Shown: piece by piece, positions 20,701 to 30,613 of the stretch
How positions within the stretch are numbered: position 1 is the stretch's first letter
Layout of the letters: every line of letters starts with the position of its first letter
Origin: Alphaproteobacteria bacterium
GTDB lineage: Bacteria; Pseudomonadota; Alphaproteobacteria; MPNO01
Direction: 5' to 3'
Assembly (NCBI GenBank): GCA_964291675.2
Contig: OZ219865.1
Span: forward strand, 864,001-928,000
DNA length: 64,000 nucleotides
Notes under the pieces: model-generated
What the model was told of the DNA's origin: nothing
Database searches by the model: none
The model's input: the letters and a program-made list of their open reading frames with translations, nothing else
Translations under genes and position numbers: made by a program

Positions 20701-20730
20701 CAACGCTCCTCCCGGCGCCGCGGGCGCCGC

Positions 20731-21672
20731 CTATTCGGTGGCGTGGGCGACGAACTTTTCCGGGATCGGCTCGCCCCATTGCGAGTTGAGCCCGTCCTCG
20801 AAGGCGATCAGATTGGCCGGCGTGTCGCTGTTCAGGCGGTCGGAATCGGTCCAGTGCTCGTGCACCCGGCCCCAGGGGTCCGCCCAGTAGTCATAGACCT
20901 GGCTCCCCAGGACATGGCGGCCGAGCCCCCAGAAATGCTCGTACTTGTCGAGCGTCCGCATGTGCTCGTGCCCCATGATCACGTCGTCGATGTCCTGCAC
21001 CTCGAAGGCCATGTGGTTGAGCCCGGCCTTGGGCCCGTCGATATAGAGGAACACGTGGTGGTCGACATATTCCTTGCCCTTGTCGATCCGGTTGAAGGAC
21101 AGGATGATGTTGTCCTTCTCGCCGGCATAGACGTCGTCCGAGCACACCAGCCCGAGGGTCGCGCGCACCCAGGCGATGGATTTCTTGAGGTCGGGCGTCA
21201 TCATCACCGCGTGGCCGATGCGCTTGACATGCGACGGACCGCGGTCGATGCGCGTCAGCTCGCCCTTCCGCGCCAGCCGCTCGGGTCCCATGTTGAGCGC
21301 GAAACGCGGGATCTCGATGGGCTCCAGCATCTCGATCCCGTGCACGATCTCGATGGTGTAGCCGTTGGGCTCGCTGAGCCGCACCCGCCTGCCGCCGCCC
21401 GGCTCGTCCATCTCCTCGACCGGCGAGGCGCCGTCGATGCGGGCGGCCTTCTCCAGCTCGTCCGCGCTGTCGACGTTGAAGGCGAGCGAGACGAAGCCCG
21501 GATCGCCGAGCTCGGTGACGTGGATGTGGTGCTCGGGATCGGTGCCGCGCATGTAGAGCGCGGTCTTGGTCCGCTCCGCCCGCACCATGCCGAAATTGGT
21601 CAGGAACTCCTCCTGCCGGTCGAGGTCCGGAGACCGTATCCGGCCATAGGCGACATCGCTCACCTTGATCAT
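20731..21672 (-). CDS. Two-domain VOC / extradiol-dioxygenase-like protein
   Basis: Start MIKVSDVAYGRIRSPDL; YVDHH, NHMAFEV, WGLGRHVLGSQVYDYWADPWG. Confidence 0.85.
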   Translation of the reverse strand: MIKVSDVAYGRIRSPDLDRQEEFLTNFGMVRAERTKTALYMRGTDPEHHIHVTELGDPGFVSLAFNVDSADELEKAARIDGASPVEEMDEPGGGRRVRLSEPNGYTIEIVHGIEMLEPIEIPRFALNMGPERLARKGELTRIDRGPSHVKRIGHAVMMTPDLKKSIAWVRATLGLVCSDDVYAGEKDNIILSFNRIDKGKEYVDHHVFLYIDGPKAGLNHMAFEVQDIDDVIMGHEHMRTLDKYEHFWGLGRHVLGSQVYDYWADPWGRVHEHWTDSDRLNSDTPANLIAFEDGLNSQWGEPIPEKFVAHATE

Positions 21673-21825
21673 CGCTGCTCTCCCGATCTTCGATTTCGGC
21701 GATATTAGGTGCACCCGCGCGATACCGAAAGGTCTATCGGCTGCGTCCGGCGCCGCGACTTCGCCCTGTTGCGTTACCCCCGCCGGAAGTATGGAATGCC
21801 CCGCGACCACGACAGGGAGGACGAC

Positions 21826-22611
21826 ATGGATCTCGGTCTCAAGGGACGGAAGGCGGCGATCTCGGGCGCGAGCGACGGGCTGGGCTACGCGGCGGCGCTG
21901 GCGCTCGCCGGGGAGGGTTGCGACATCGCGATCTCGGCGCGCGGCCAGGAACAGCTCGACAAGGCGGCGGCGTCCATCGAGGCCAGGGGGGTGAGCGCCG
22001 TCGGAATCGCCTGCGACATGTCGAGCGAGCAGGGCTGCGCGGCGTTCGTGAACCGGGCCGCCGACGGGCTCGGCGGGATCGACATCCTGATCAACTGCGT
22101 CGGCGGCATGACCCCGGGCAACCTGGATTCGCTGAGCGCCGACAACTGGGACGAGATCGTCAACCGCAACCTGATGGCCTACGTCCACACCACCAAGGCG
22201 GCGGTGCCGCATCTGGAGAAGTCGGACGCGGCGCGCGTGCTCAACGTCTCCGGCATCTCCGGCAAGCAGCTCATGCCGGGCTCGTTCTCCACCGCGATCC
22301 CGAATGCCGGCATCAACGCGTTCACCAAGCTGATGGCGGGCGAGCTGGCGGCCCGGGGGATCCTGGTCAATAATCTCTGCCCGGGCATCGTGGATACGCC
22401 GCGCTGGACGCCGCGCCGCGAGGCGATGGCCAAGGTCAGGGGCGTCACCGCGGACGAGGTCGAGAAGCAGTTCGCGGCCAACGCCATGCTCGGCCGCTGG
22501 GGCAAGCCGGAGGAGATCGGCGACGTCGCCGCCTTCATGGTCTCGCCGCGCAACAGCTACATGACCGGCTCGACGGTTGAAGTCTGCGGCGGCTGGGGCA
22601 AGTATTTCTGA
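21826..22611 (+). CDS. SDR family oxidoreductase
   Basis: MDLGLKGRKAAISGASDGLG, DILINCVG, VNNLCPG, GRWGKPEE; GGAGG RBS. Confidence 0.9.
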   Translation: MDLGLKGRKAAISGASDGLGYAAALALAGEGCDIAISARGQEQLDKAAASIEARGVSAVGIACDMSSEQGCAAFVNRAADGLGGIDILINCVGGMTPGNLDSLSADNWDEIVNRNLMAYVHTTKAAVPHLEKSDAARVLNVSGISGKQLMPGSFSTAIPNAGINAFTKLMAGELAARGILVNNLCPGIVDTPRWTPRREAMAKVRGVTADEVEKQFAANAMLGRWGKPEEIGDVAAFMVSPRNSYMTGSTVEVCGGWGKYF

Positions 22612-22634
22612 TCCAACCAAGGACGGAGGACACG

Positions 22635-23150
22635 ATGGCGGAACAGGCTGAACTGCCGGCGGTCGAGACCGCGGCCGAGCCCGCGCTCAAGCTCAACTTC
22701 CTGTCGCACGGCACGCTGGAGTCGAAGAACCTGGAGCGCGCGCGCGAGTTCTACACCGATTTCCTCGGGCTCCAGGTGGTCCGCACCAGCCCGATCTCCC
22801 TGCTCATCCGCCTCGGCGGGCCCAACACGATCGCCGTGGTCGAGCAGAAGAACCGCACCGAGGAAATGCCGATGCTCAACCACAACGGGCTCGACGTGGA
22901 GACCCAGGAGGAGGTCGACGCGGCGCACGGGACCGTGGTCGCGGAGGCCGAGAAATGGGGGCTGCACCGGATCTCCAGGCCCAAGCTGCAGCACGGCACC
23001 TACAGCTTCTTCTTCTGGGACATGGACAACAATTGCTGGGAGATCCTGACCAACCCGCAGGGCGGCTACAGCTGGCTGTTCGAGAAGGGGGACCTCGCCG
23101 GCAAGGGGCATCTCGACCGGAACTTCGAGCGCCCCGGCATGCGCGAGTAG
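22635..23150 (+). CDS. VOC family protein
   Basis: LSHGTLE, HNGLDV, SFFFWDMDNNCWEI. Confidence 0.85.
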   Translation: MAEQAELPAVETAAEPALKLNFLSHGTLESKNLERAREFYTDFLGLQVVRTSPISLLIRLGGPNTIAVVEQKNRTEEMPMLNHNGLDVETQEEVDAAHGTVVAEAEKWGLHRISRPKLQHGTYSFFFWDMDNNCWEILTNPQGGYSWLFEKGDLAGKGHLDRNFERPGMRE

Positions 23151-23432
23151 CCATCCGCCTCCGGCTCCGCACGGGAAGTCGTGCGGCCACCGGTTCGCAC
23201 GCCGACGCGCAATCTATGGTGAAAGTGCAGGCAAGCGGGCAAGTCGGGGGCGTGGATAGAATCCAGGGCGCGCGAGTATCGGTATGCCTGCAATGGGAAG
23301 GCGCAAGAGACCGCCACGGTGGCAGGAAGGCAGCCACGAGTTTGAAGTCGCCATCCCCGTAGAAGAGGCCGGGGCGTCGAAGAGGGAACGGTCCGGGTCG
23401 GGATCGCCTGGAAAGTACCCCGGAGCAGGTCG

Positions 23433-24953
23433 ATGAACGCCCGCGAGGAGACCCTGTGGGAAATCGACCGTGCCCAGCACGAGATGGCGATCGTCCGGGC
23501 CTCGCTGAACGAGGACCAGGAGGAAATGACCGTCCGGCAGGCGGACGGTCTCCACCGGGCTCTCCTGCACGCGTGCCGGGCCTGGTGCAGGACGCACCTG
23601 CGCTGTAAAGACGCGAGACAAGACAACGAAGCCATCTATTCGGCCTTACTCCAGAAAGCTCCGGAAGACCTGCGGCAAGCGTTCGCCGAAGCCTTCGCAA
23701 TGACGTCTTTCGCAGTGCGCTGGGCCTCGACCGCGGAGGCCCTGACGGCGGTACAGAGCGCGGTGGACGCCTTGCTGGAGGCTGCCTCCAACCCGCCCCG
23801 AAACCGCCGCCGGTTTCCGGCGAATCTCAGGACCAATCGTCCCATTCGAAAGCCCCGCGCGGGGCCGGGAAGCATGATCGATACCGGGCGCTACCGGCCG
23901 GCCGTGGTCGTCGAGACGACACCCGAACCGCCTCACGTCATGAAACTGTCCTACGGCGATGAGATCGACGAGGATTTTCGCCCGCACATCTCCGACTGGA
24001 AGTCGGTCCGCAAGCGGAAGCGGCTTCCGTCGCTCCGGGACGTATTCTCGCCCGGCGACTGGATCCGCCACCCCTATTCCGGGTTTGGCCGGGTTGTCGA
24101 GGTACGAAATTCGACCATGGACGTGGACTACCGGGGTAGAACTGCGACCGTCGCCCCGCCGGCCGATCTGTCGCGATTCGAAAAAGTGGACGATCCCGGC
24201 CCCGAAGACTCCTCGCCGGTTGCCGAACGCTTGCCGCCGGGCACCTGGATCGAGCAGGACCGCTTCGGCCGTGGCGTCGTTCTCGCCGTCGAAGACGACG
24301 TACTCAGCGTGCTCTTCAACGACCGAGTCGTTCGAATCTTCGAACCCGGGGACCGGGAGGGGCCGGTTATCTGGAAGCTGGACACGGCACCGCTCGATCT
24401 GCGCACGCCTTGGGGCCGACGGTGGGTCTGGTGGTGGCAACACACGGATATCTGCCCCGAAACCGTGTGCCCATGTTGCGGGTATCCCAATTACGGTTCG
24501 GGCGATAGGAGCTCAGAACCGCGCGAATGTATCATCTGCGGATATCCCGATTTCGGAACCGGGATCGAATGCGACGATGAGCCACTCGTCCTCAGGGACG
24601 GGGTCTGGTGGGAACATATCGACGATTACTATCATACGGAACCGGAAGAATCGGAACCTACGTTCGTCGGTCCGACCCGTCGAGATTGGGAGACTTCGGG
24701 GTACAGCCTGCGGGAAGCCCGGCGCAACTTCGAGCGCACGGGCACCATGTTTCGCCCGGGAGACGACGACGCTTTGGCCTTCGGTAAGTCGGCGGGTCTT
24801 CGCCGATCGCTGGTCGGGCTCTTGGAGGAGACGATGGCCGAACCCGCCCGCTGGAACGAGGGAGTCGGCGAGACCGTGGAACGGGTCAAGCGGGAGATCC
24901 TCTCGGAACGAAAATGGGGGGCCGCGGCCGCGCGGAACGGGACACGCTCATGA
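23433..24953 (+). CDS. Hypothetical multidomain protein: helical N-terminus, three Tudor/SH3-like repeats, CPCC Cys-rich domain
   Basis: 506-aa ORF with lower GC than neighbours; repeats PGSMIDTGRYRPAVV, PGDWIRHPYSGFGRVV, PGTWIEQDRFGRGVV; CPCCGY...CIICG...SLREARRNF. Confidence 0.7.
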   Translation: MNAREETLWEIDRAQHEMAIVRASLNEDQEEMTVRQADGLHRALLHACRAWCRTHLRCKDARQDNEAIYSALLQKAPEDLRQAFAEAFAMTSFAVRWASTAEALTAVQSAVDALLEAASNPPRNRRRFPANLRTNRPIRKPRAGPGSMIDTGRYRPAVVVETTPEPPHVMKLSYGDEIDEDFRPHISDWKSVRKRKRLPSLRDVFSPGDWIRHPYSGFGRVVEVRNSTMDVDYRGRTATVAPPADLSRFEKVDDPGPEDSSPVAERLPPGTWIEQDRFGRGVVLAVEDDVLSVLFNDRVVRIFEPGDREGPVIWKLDTAPLDLRTPWGRRWVWWWQHTDICPETVCPCCGYPNYGSGDRSSEPRECIICGYPDFGTGIECDDEPLVLRDGVWWEHIDDYYHTEPEESEPTFVGPTRRDWETSGYSLREARRNFERTGTMFRPGDDDALAFGKSAGLRRSLVGLLEETMAEPARWNEGVGETVERVKREILSERKWGAAAARNGTRS

Positions 24954-25064
24954 ACCGCAAACTTCGCGTTCGACGTTGCATCGGTGCATCGACGACTCAA
25001 ATCGGACCGCCCCGACTGCGCGAGAAACCGGCCTGGGCGGGCCGGAACTCGGAAAGGAACATGG

Positions 25065-26759
25065 ATGGCCAGTGACGCGCGCGACGGCGCGAAACGGTAC
25101 TCCATGCGCGTCGATTCGGGCGTCTGCGTCACCATGCGCGACGGCACGCGCATCGCGCTGCGCATCTACCGCCCGGACGGGGACGGCGCGCACCCGGCGC
25201 TGTTCGCCGCCTCGCCCTACATGTACGCGACCGACGACATCCCGCATTCCCGCCTCTTCCTGTGGCGCGAGGTGGGGCCCGTCCAGTGGTACGTGGAGCA
25301 GCACGGCTATGCCTATGTGCATGCCGACGTGCGCGGGTCGGGCGAGTCGGAGGGGGTCTACAACTTCCTCGACAGGGAGGAGCAGCAGGACCTCTACGAG
25401 CTGATCGAGTGGATCGCGCGCCAGCGCTGGTGCGACGGCAATGTGGGCGGCATCGGCCAGTCCTACTACGCCTGGTCGCAGTGGTTCATGGGCATCGTCA
25501 ACCCGCCGAGCCTCAGATGCATCGCGCCCTATGACGGCGCCGTCGACCCCTATCGCGGGACCGCCTATCACGGCGGGATCTACTGCGAATTCATGACCTG
25601 GTGGTACAACCTGGTGCGGGTCAACAACCTGCACCGGGCCGCCAACGACCCGTCGGGCAAGGCGATGCCGCTCGACATCGGCTGGGAGTTCCAGCGCCGG
25701 CAGACCTATGACGACTGGTGGCGCGAACGCACGCCCTGGGAACGGCTGGACGAGATCGAGGTGCCGGTGCTGTCGATCGGCCACTGGGGCAAGATGGGCC
25801 TCCACCTGCGCGGCAACATTTTGGGCTACGAGGAGGTGCGCGCGCCCAAGCGGCTGGTCATCACCGGCGCCAGCGACGTGTTCGAGGCGCACGACTACTT
25901 CGACCGGATCGACTACCACGAGGCCGAGCTGCTGCCGTTCTACGACCGCTACCTCAAGGGCAAGGACAACGGCTACGAGCGCCAGGCGCCGGTCAAGCTC
26001 TACGTGCGCGGCGCCGAGGCGTATCGCGAGGAACGGGAATGGCCGCTGGCGCGGGCCCGGATGACGCCGTTCCACCTCGCCGCCGGGCCGTCGGCAAGCC
26101 TCGCCTCGCTCAACGACGGCCGGCTCGCCGCGGAGCCGCCGCCCGCCGACGGCGGCGCCACCGGCTACACCTATCCCGACGACGGCTGGAAGCTCGGCGT
26201 CGTCGCGATGGGGCCGCAGGGCCCCGACCCGATCCGCCGCGTGCTCACCTTCGTCACCGACCCGCTGGAGGAAGACCTCGAGGTCACCGGGCCGGTAGTC
26301 CTCGAGCTCTACGCCTCCTCGACCGCGACCGACACCGACTTCGTGGTCAGGATCGCCGACCAGCACCCGCAATCCGACGAGGACCGCGCGGCCGGTCTCC
26401 AGCCCGCGTCGGTCAACGTCTCGAAGGGCTGGCTGAGGGCGTCGCACCGCGACAGGGACGAGGCGCGGAGCACGCCGCACCGGCCGATCTACACCCACGC
26501 CGACCCGCAGCCGATCGAGCCCGGACGGGTCTATCGCTACGAGATCGAGGTGATGCCGTTCTCCAACGTCTTCCGCAAGGGACACCGCATCCGGCTGGAG
26601 ATCGTCAACGGCGATTCGCCGCTGACCGACTCGATCTTCACCCACCAGTATCTCTGGTACAAGGTCGGCACCGACACGTTGCACCACGACGCCGAGCGTC
26701 CCTCGCGGCTATGGCTCCCGGTGGTGCCGGCGGAGGCGGGTCAGACTACTGCGCCTTGA
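25065..26759 (+). CDS. CocE/NonD family hydrolase
   Basis: MRDGTRIA, DVRGSGESEG, GQSYY nucleophile, PepX-type C-terminal domain (KGWLRASHR, GHRIRLEI). Confidence 0.92.
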   Translation: MASDARDGAKRYSMRVDSGVCVTMRDGTRIALRIYRPDGDGAHPALFAASPYMYATDDIPHSRLFLWREVGPVQWYVEQHGYAYVHADVRGSGESEGVYNFLDREEQQDLYELIEWIARQRWCDGNVGGIGQSYYAWSQWFMGIVNPPSLRCIAPYDGAVDPYRGTAYHGGIYCEFMTWWYNLVRVNNLHRAANDPSGKAMPLDIGWEFQRRQTYDDWWRERTPWERLDEIEVPVLSIGHWGKMGLHLRGNILGYEEVRAPKRLVITGASDVFEAHDYFDRIDYHEAELLPFYDRYLKGKDNGYERQAPVKLYVRGAEAYREEREWPLARARMTPFHLAAGPSASLASLNDGRLAAEPPPADGGATGYTYPDDGWKLGVVAMGPQGPDPIRRVLTFVTDPLEEDLEVTGPVVLELYASSTATDTDFVVRIADQHPQSDEDRAAGLQPASVNVSKGWLRASHRDRDEARSTPHRPIYTHADPQPIEPGRVYRYEIEVMPFSNVFRKGHRIRLEIVNGDSPLTDSIFTHQYLWYKVGTDTLHHDAERPSRLWLPVVPAEAGQTTAP

Positions 26760-27592
26760 GCGCGCCACACCACGGGGAACAGGTCGTCGTCGGCGGGGAA
26801 GGCGCCGACCTCCAGAACCGCCTCCGCGGCGCCGGGGATATTGAACCGGGTACGGGGGCCGTACCAGGTGATGTCGCCGCCGAAGAACCGGCACGACAGC
26901 GCCACTCTGCGGACCGCGTCGGACGGGTTGCCGCCCGCGCCGTGCACCGCCAGCGGATGGTGAACGATGCAGTCGCCGGGCTCCATGTCCCAGGAGAGGA
27001 AGCGGTAGGCCGGGTTGTCGAACTCCTTGTGGAACATCGGGCAATCGGGAAACGCGTCGGCCTCGGCGAGCGCGAAGCCCTCGCGCGGCACCGCGGGTAC
27101 GGGACGGTACATCCCGCCCCACCTGTGCGAGCCCGCGACATAGACCAGCCCGCTGGTCTCCCGCGTCACCGGGGTGAACGCGAGCCAGACCGAGGCCACG
27201 TGGTTGCCCGCGAGCGGCCAGAACGGCAGGTCGTGGTGCCACGCCGTCGGCATACGGGTGCCCGGTTCCTTGACGAAGAGCTGGTCGTAGAAGAACCGCA
27301 CCTCGTCGAGCCGCATCAGCCGCGCCGCGATCTCCCGCGCCGGCGAGGTCTTCACGAAGTCCATGAACGCGGGGTTGCCGCGCGCCATGTGCGAGTTGGC
27401 GATGACCTTGCCGGGCTCGTCGTCGCCCGAGGCCAGCACGGTGCCGGCAGGGTTCTTCAGATTGGCGTCGATGACGGCCAGCATGCGGTCGATCCATTCC
27501 CGGTCGAACTGGCCGCGAATGCACACCGCGCCGTCGTCGGCATAGGCGCGGATCTCGTCGCCGGCGATCGGCCGCAGCAATTCCCGGTTCAT
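26741..27592 (-). CDS. Phytanoyl-CoA dioxygenase (PhyH) family 2OG-Fe(II) oxygenase
   Basis: DQLFVKEPG, WHHD, GSHRW, EPGDCIVHH...HGA. Confidence 0.88.
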   Translation of the reverse strand: MNRELLRPIAGDEIRAYADDGAVCIRGQFDREWIDRMLAVIDANLKNPAGTVLASGDDEPGKVIANSHMARGNPAFMDFVKTSPAREIAARLMRLDEVRFFYDQLFVKEPGTRMPTAWHHDLPFWPLAGNHVASVWLAFTPVTRETSGLVYVAGSHRWGGMYRPVPAVPREGFALAEADAFPDCPMFHKEFDNPAYRFLSWDMEPGDCIVHHPLAVHGAGGNPSDAVRRVALSCRFFGGDITWYGPRTRFNIPGAAEAVLEVGAFPADDDLFPVVWRAQGAVV

Positions 27593-27741
27593 GGCGCTCC
27601 CCCGCCGCCGCGGACTTCCTCCCGCACCGGGGCGCAGCATATCATCCGCAGGGTGGCATAGCGGGCGCAACCGCTATATGTCTTTTGCCTTGCGCCGTTC
27701 CGCCGAGCCGGCGGGCGGGAGGAACCGGTGGGGTCGGCGAC

Positions 27742-28215
27742 ATGCAGCTTACGCGATACAGCGACTATTCCCTGAGGGCGCTGATCTATCTCGGCCTGAA
27801 CGGGGACCGGCGCTGCACCATCCGGGAGATCGCCGACGCCTACGGCATCTCGGACAACCACCTGATGAAGGTGATCCACCGGCTCGGCCGGGAGGGCTAC
27901 GTCGCGACGACCAGGGGCCGGAACGGCGGGCTGGAGCTGGCGATGCCGGCGAGCGAGATCAACCTCGGCGCGGTGGTCAGGGCGACCGAGGGGACTCTCG
28001 ACCTGGTCGAGTGCTTCGCTTCCGGGGAGAAGAACGCCTGCCCGATTTCCGGGCCCTGCGCGCTCACGCATATCCTGGAGACGGCGCTGGAGGCCTTTTT
28101 CGACGTGCTGGACCGGCACACGCTGGAGGATCTGCTGCGCCCGGCCGACGCGTTGAAGCTCATATTCGCCGCCCGCAACCGGCACGCCCTGACGGAAGGC
28201 CCGGTCGCGGGGTAG
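27742..28215 (+). CDS. nsrR: Rrf2 family NO-sensing repressor (NsrR-like)
   Basis: MQLTRYSDYSLRALIYL, NHLMKVI, RGRNGG, three Fe-S Cys (LVECF, CPI, C); adjacent to nirV-nirK. Confidence 0.8.
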   Translation: MQLTRYSDYSLRALIYLGLNGDRRCTIREIADAYGISDNHLMKVIHRLGREGYVATTRGRNGGLELAMPASEINLGAVVRATEGTLDLVECFASGEKNACPISGPCALTHILETALEAFFDVLDRHTLEDLLRPADALKLIFAARNRHALTEGPVAG

Positions 28216-28217
28216 CT

Positions 28218-28994
28218 CTACGACTCCCTGACCACGCGGAAGCCGAAATTGCCCGGCATCGGTCGTACCGAACACCCGCCGCTGCCGATGTCGCGGACGA
28301 AGCTCGGCATCGGGCTGCGGTGCTCGCCCTGCAGGATCCTGACCCCGCAGTTCTTCTTCGACACCGTGCGGCCCCCCGCATCGTAGGTCTGCACCCGGCA
28401 GGAGTCGGTCCACTCCCAGACATTGTCGCGGGTGCCGAACACGCCGAACCGGTTGCCCGCGCCGGAACCGACCGGTTCGGTCCGCCTGGTCCGGCGCGGG
28501 GTGAGCGCATAGCTGGCGGCCCAGGCGAGGCGCGGGTCGGTGAACAGCGGCGGCTTCCCGGCCGGGGCACCCGCGCCCGCGCGCGCGGCGTATTCCCATT
28601 CCTCCTCGCTCGGCAGGCGGTAGCGCTCGCCGGTGGCATCCGACAGCCAGTCGAGATACTCGGCCGCGTCGTCCCAGCTCACGTCGATGACCGGGCGCCC
28701 GCCGCGCCCCCACCCCCTGTCCCTCGGCCTGTGTGTGCAGCCTCCGGCGCGGTGGCAGTAATCCCACTGCGCGAAGGTGACCTCGTACCTGCCGATCAGG
28801 AAGGGGCGCTCGAACGCCACGCGCCGCGAGCCGTCGAGCGTCATCTCGCCGGCCGGGACCAGCACCAGCTCCGGCAGGTATTCTTCGGGAACCGGCGCGC
28901 GCAGGAGGGCGCCCGCCGCGAGGACGGACACCCCCGCGACGATCGCAAGGATGCCGCCCGCCATCAGCATGCGCCGCCCGGTGAGCCCCGCCAT
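28218..28994 (-). CDS. nirV: NirV-like FGE-sulfatase (SUMF1) domain protein
   Basis: RYEVTFAQW, PVIDVSWDDA, RLPSEEEWEYAAR, NVWEW, GFRVVR; directly downstream of nirK. Confidence 0.8.
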   Translation of the reverse strand: MAGLTGRRMLMAGGILAIVAGVSVLAAGALLRAPVPEEYLPELVLVPAGEMTLDGSRRVAFERPFLIGRYEVTFAQWDYCHRAGGCTHRPRDRGWGRGGRPVIDVSWDDAAEYLDWLSDATGERYRLPSEEEWEYAARAGAGAPAGKPPLFTDPRLAWAASYALTPRRTRRTEPVGSGAGNRFGVFGTRDNVWEWTDSCRVQTYDAGGRTVSKKNCGVRILQGEHRSPMPSFVRDIGSGGCSVRPMPGNFGFRVVRES

Positions 28995-29026
28995 CGCCTG
29001 CCCAGCCCTATCTCGCTCCACCGGGC

Positions 29027-29135
29027 CGTCCCTCGATACGCGGCTTCGCCGCTACCCGGGATGAAGAGACTTCGGTTGCCGCACCGTACGACCCCTCATC
29101 CCGAGCAGCCCCCGCAGGGGGCGAATCGAAGGACG
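29027..29135. repeat. Inverted pair of family-1 REP-like units between nirK and nirV
   Basis: GTCCCTCGATACGCGGCTTCGCCGCTACCCGGGATGAAG and CCTCATCCCGAGCAGC...GCGAATCGAAGGACG. Confidence 0.75.
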
Positions 29136-29145
29136 GCAACCGGTC

Positions 29146-30267
29146 TCAGGCGGGGATCGGCCCCGGCTTGCTCACCTGGGTCATCAGGTCGTCGTCCCAC
29201 TTGCCGTCGACCACGAAATGGGCCAGCGCGCCGAGCTGCACCGCCTCGATCAGGTTGTGCGAGAGATAGGCGTAGACCCCCGGCTGGAGGAAGGTGTAGA
29301 GCGCCGCGCCCGCCGAGCCGCCGCGGATGAACCAGGTCTCCAGCCCCTCCTCCGGCGGGTCGGCGAAGGAGCCCGCCTCCCAGACATAGTCGCCATGGCC
29401 GCCGATCAGATGCGGCCTGGAATCGCGGTTGGCCTGGGAGTGGACGATCAGCACGCTCTCGCCGACCTTGGCCTTCATCGCGCCGTCGCCGGTGAGCGCG
29501 CCGACCTTGCCGTTGAGCACGACGTGGCTCGGGGTGAGCGTGCGCATCACCTCGAAGACCTCCTCCATCGCCTCGGCGTGGGTTTCGAAGTTCCTGTAGT
29601 TCCCCTCGGCGTCGCGCGGCACGTAGAAATCCTGCTCGCCGACGTAATAGACCCGGTCGTAGCTGAGCCGCTTGCCGGCGCGGTCCCTGAGCCCGTCCTT
29701 GGGCAGCACCATCACCGCCCCGCTCATCCCGGAAACCACGTGGTAGGGGATCATCACCCCGCCCGGCGCGCAGTGATAGATGTAGGTGCCGGGCTTGGTC
29801 GCCTTCCAGCGCAGCACCACCTGCTGGCCCGGCTCGACCAGAGTGAGCCCGCCGCCGCCGAGCGCGCCGGTCGACGCGTGGAAGTCGATATTGTGCTCCA
29901 TCACGTTGTCCGGCGAATTCTTGAGGGTGAGCTCGATGTAGTCGCCCTCGTGGCAGATCATCAGCGGCCCCGGGATCGACCCGTTGAAGGTCGAGGCGTT
30001 GATCTCGGTGCCGTCGTCGTCGACCGCCCACTTCATCTCCTTGGCGACCAGCTCCACCTCGACGATCTTGGCACTCCCCGAGTACTCCTGGTCGTAGTCC
30101 GGCGCGAACGGCGGCGCGACGAGCGTCTGCTTGACCCGCTTCATGCCGCTCATCTCGGGCTTCACCGCGGCATCGCTCTTGGCCGCCATCACCATCGGAC
30201 TCACAGCCGACACGACACCCAGCGTGCCGCCGGCCTGCAAGACCTGACGCCTGTTCAGCTTCTGCAT
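29146..30267 (-). CDS. nirK: Copper-containing nitrite reductase
   Basis: Tat signal NRRQVL; HNIDFHA, YHCAPGG...[20 protein letters not shown] copper ligands. Confidence 0.96.
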   Translation of the reverse strand: MQKLNRRQVLQAGGTLGVVSAVSPMVMAAKSDAAVKPEMSGMKRVKQTLVAPPFAPDYDQEYSGSAKIVEVELVAKEMKWAVDDDGTEINASTFNGSIPGPLMICHEGDYIELTLKNSPDNVMEHNIDFHASTGALGGGGLTLVEPGQQVVLRWKATKPGTYIYHCAPGGVMIPYHVVSGMSGAVMVLPKDGLRDRAGKRLSYDRVYYVGEQDFYVPRDAEGNYRNFETHAEAMEEVFEVMRTLTPSHVVLNGKVGALTGDGAMKAKVGESVLIVHSQANRDSRPHLIGGHGDYVWEAGSFADPPEEGLETWFIRGGSAGAALYTFLQPGVYAYLSHNLIEAVQLGALAHFVVDGKWDDDLMTQVSKPGPIPA

Positions 30268-30362
30268 GGCACGTACCTCCTGTCTCGATCTGCCCCGCGG
30301 CCGCAACCGCGGCGTGCATCCTCCACCAGCGCATGCGACGCCCCGCGCAAGCGGGGAATCTA

Positions 30363-30397
30363 AAGAAGTATTCTGAATGAAGGTTTTCGGGCGTCAA
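30363..30397 (-). promoter_or_regulatory. Putative nirK sigma70 promoter with overlapping NsrR-like box
   Basis: Minus strand TTGACG-N16-CAGAAT; imperfect 11-1-11 repeat AAGAAGTATTC-T-GAATGAAGGTT at 30363-30385. Confidence 0.5.
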
Positions 30398-30454
30398 GCG
30401 GGATTCGGCGTGCGGCCGGATATCGGCGGTCTCCCGAAATATCCCGACCGACCG

Positions 30455-30490
30455 CCTCCAAATTCGGGGGCAACCCTCCCGTTTGGGAGG
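30455..30490. promoter_or_regulatory. Tandem CCTCCC-N4-GGGAGG-type palindromes upstream of luxR
   Basis: CCTCCAAATTCGGGGG (30455-30470) and CCTCCCGTTTGGGAGG (30475-30490); same motif at 31827. Confidence 0.55.
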
Positions 30491-30613
30491 GGGCGCCGAA
30501 ACACCGGGTCACTATGATCGAGTCGGTGGACAATTATGGTGGGCATTTTGGCATGCGGTCGGAGCCCGACGGTCACGACCTTTGTCCGTTGCCGGCCTAT
30601 TGGCGGAACCGTC

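Noticed and set aside
1527-20779. Apparent fusion ORFs 1527..3353, 6700..9021, 8838..11003 and 18461..20779
   Set aside because: The extra N-terminal or whole-frame sequence is low-complexity Arg/Pro/Gly text overlapping real genes in other frames; true starts are internal.
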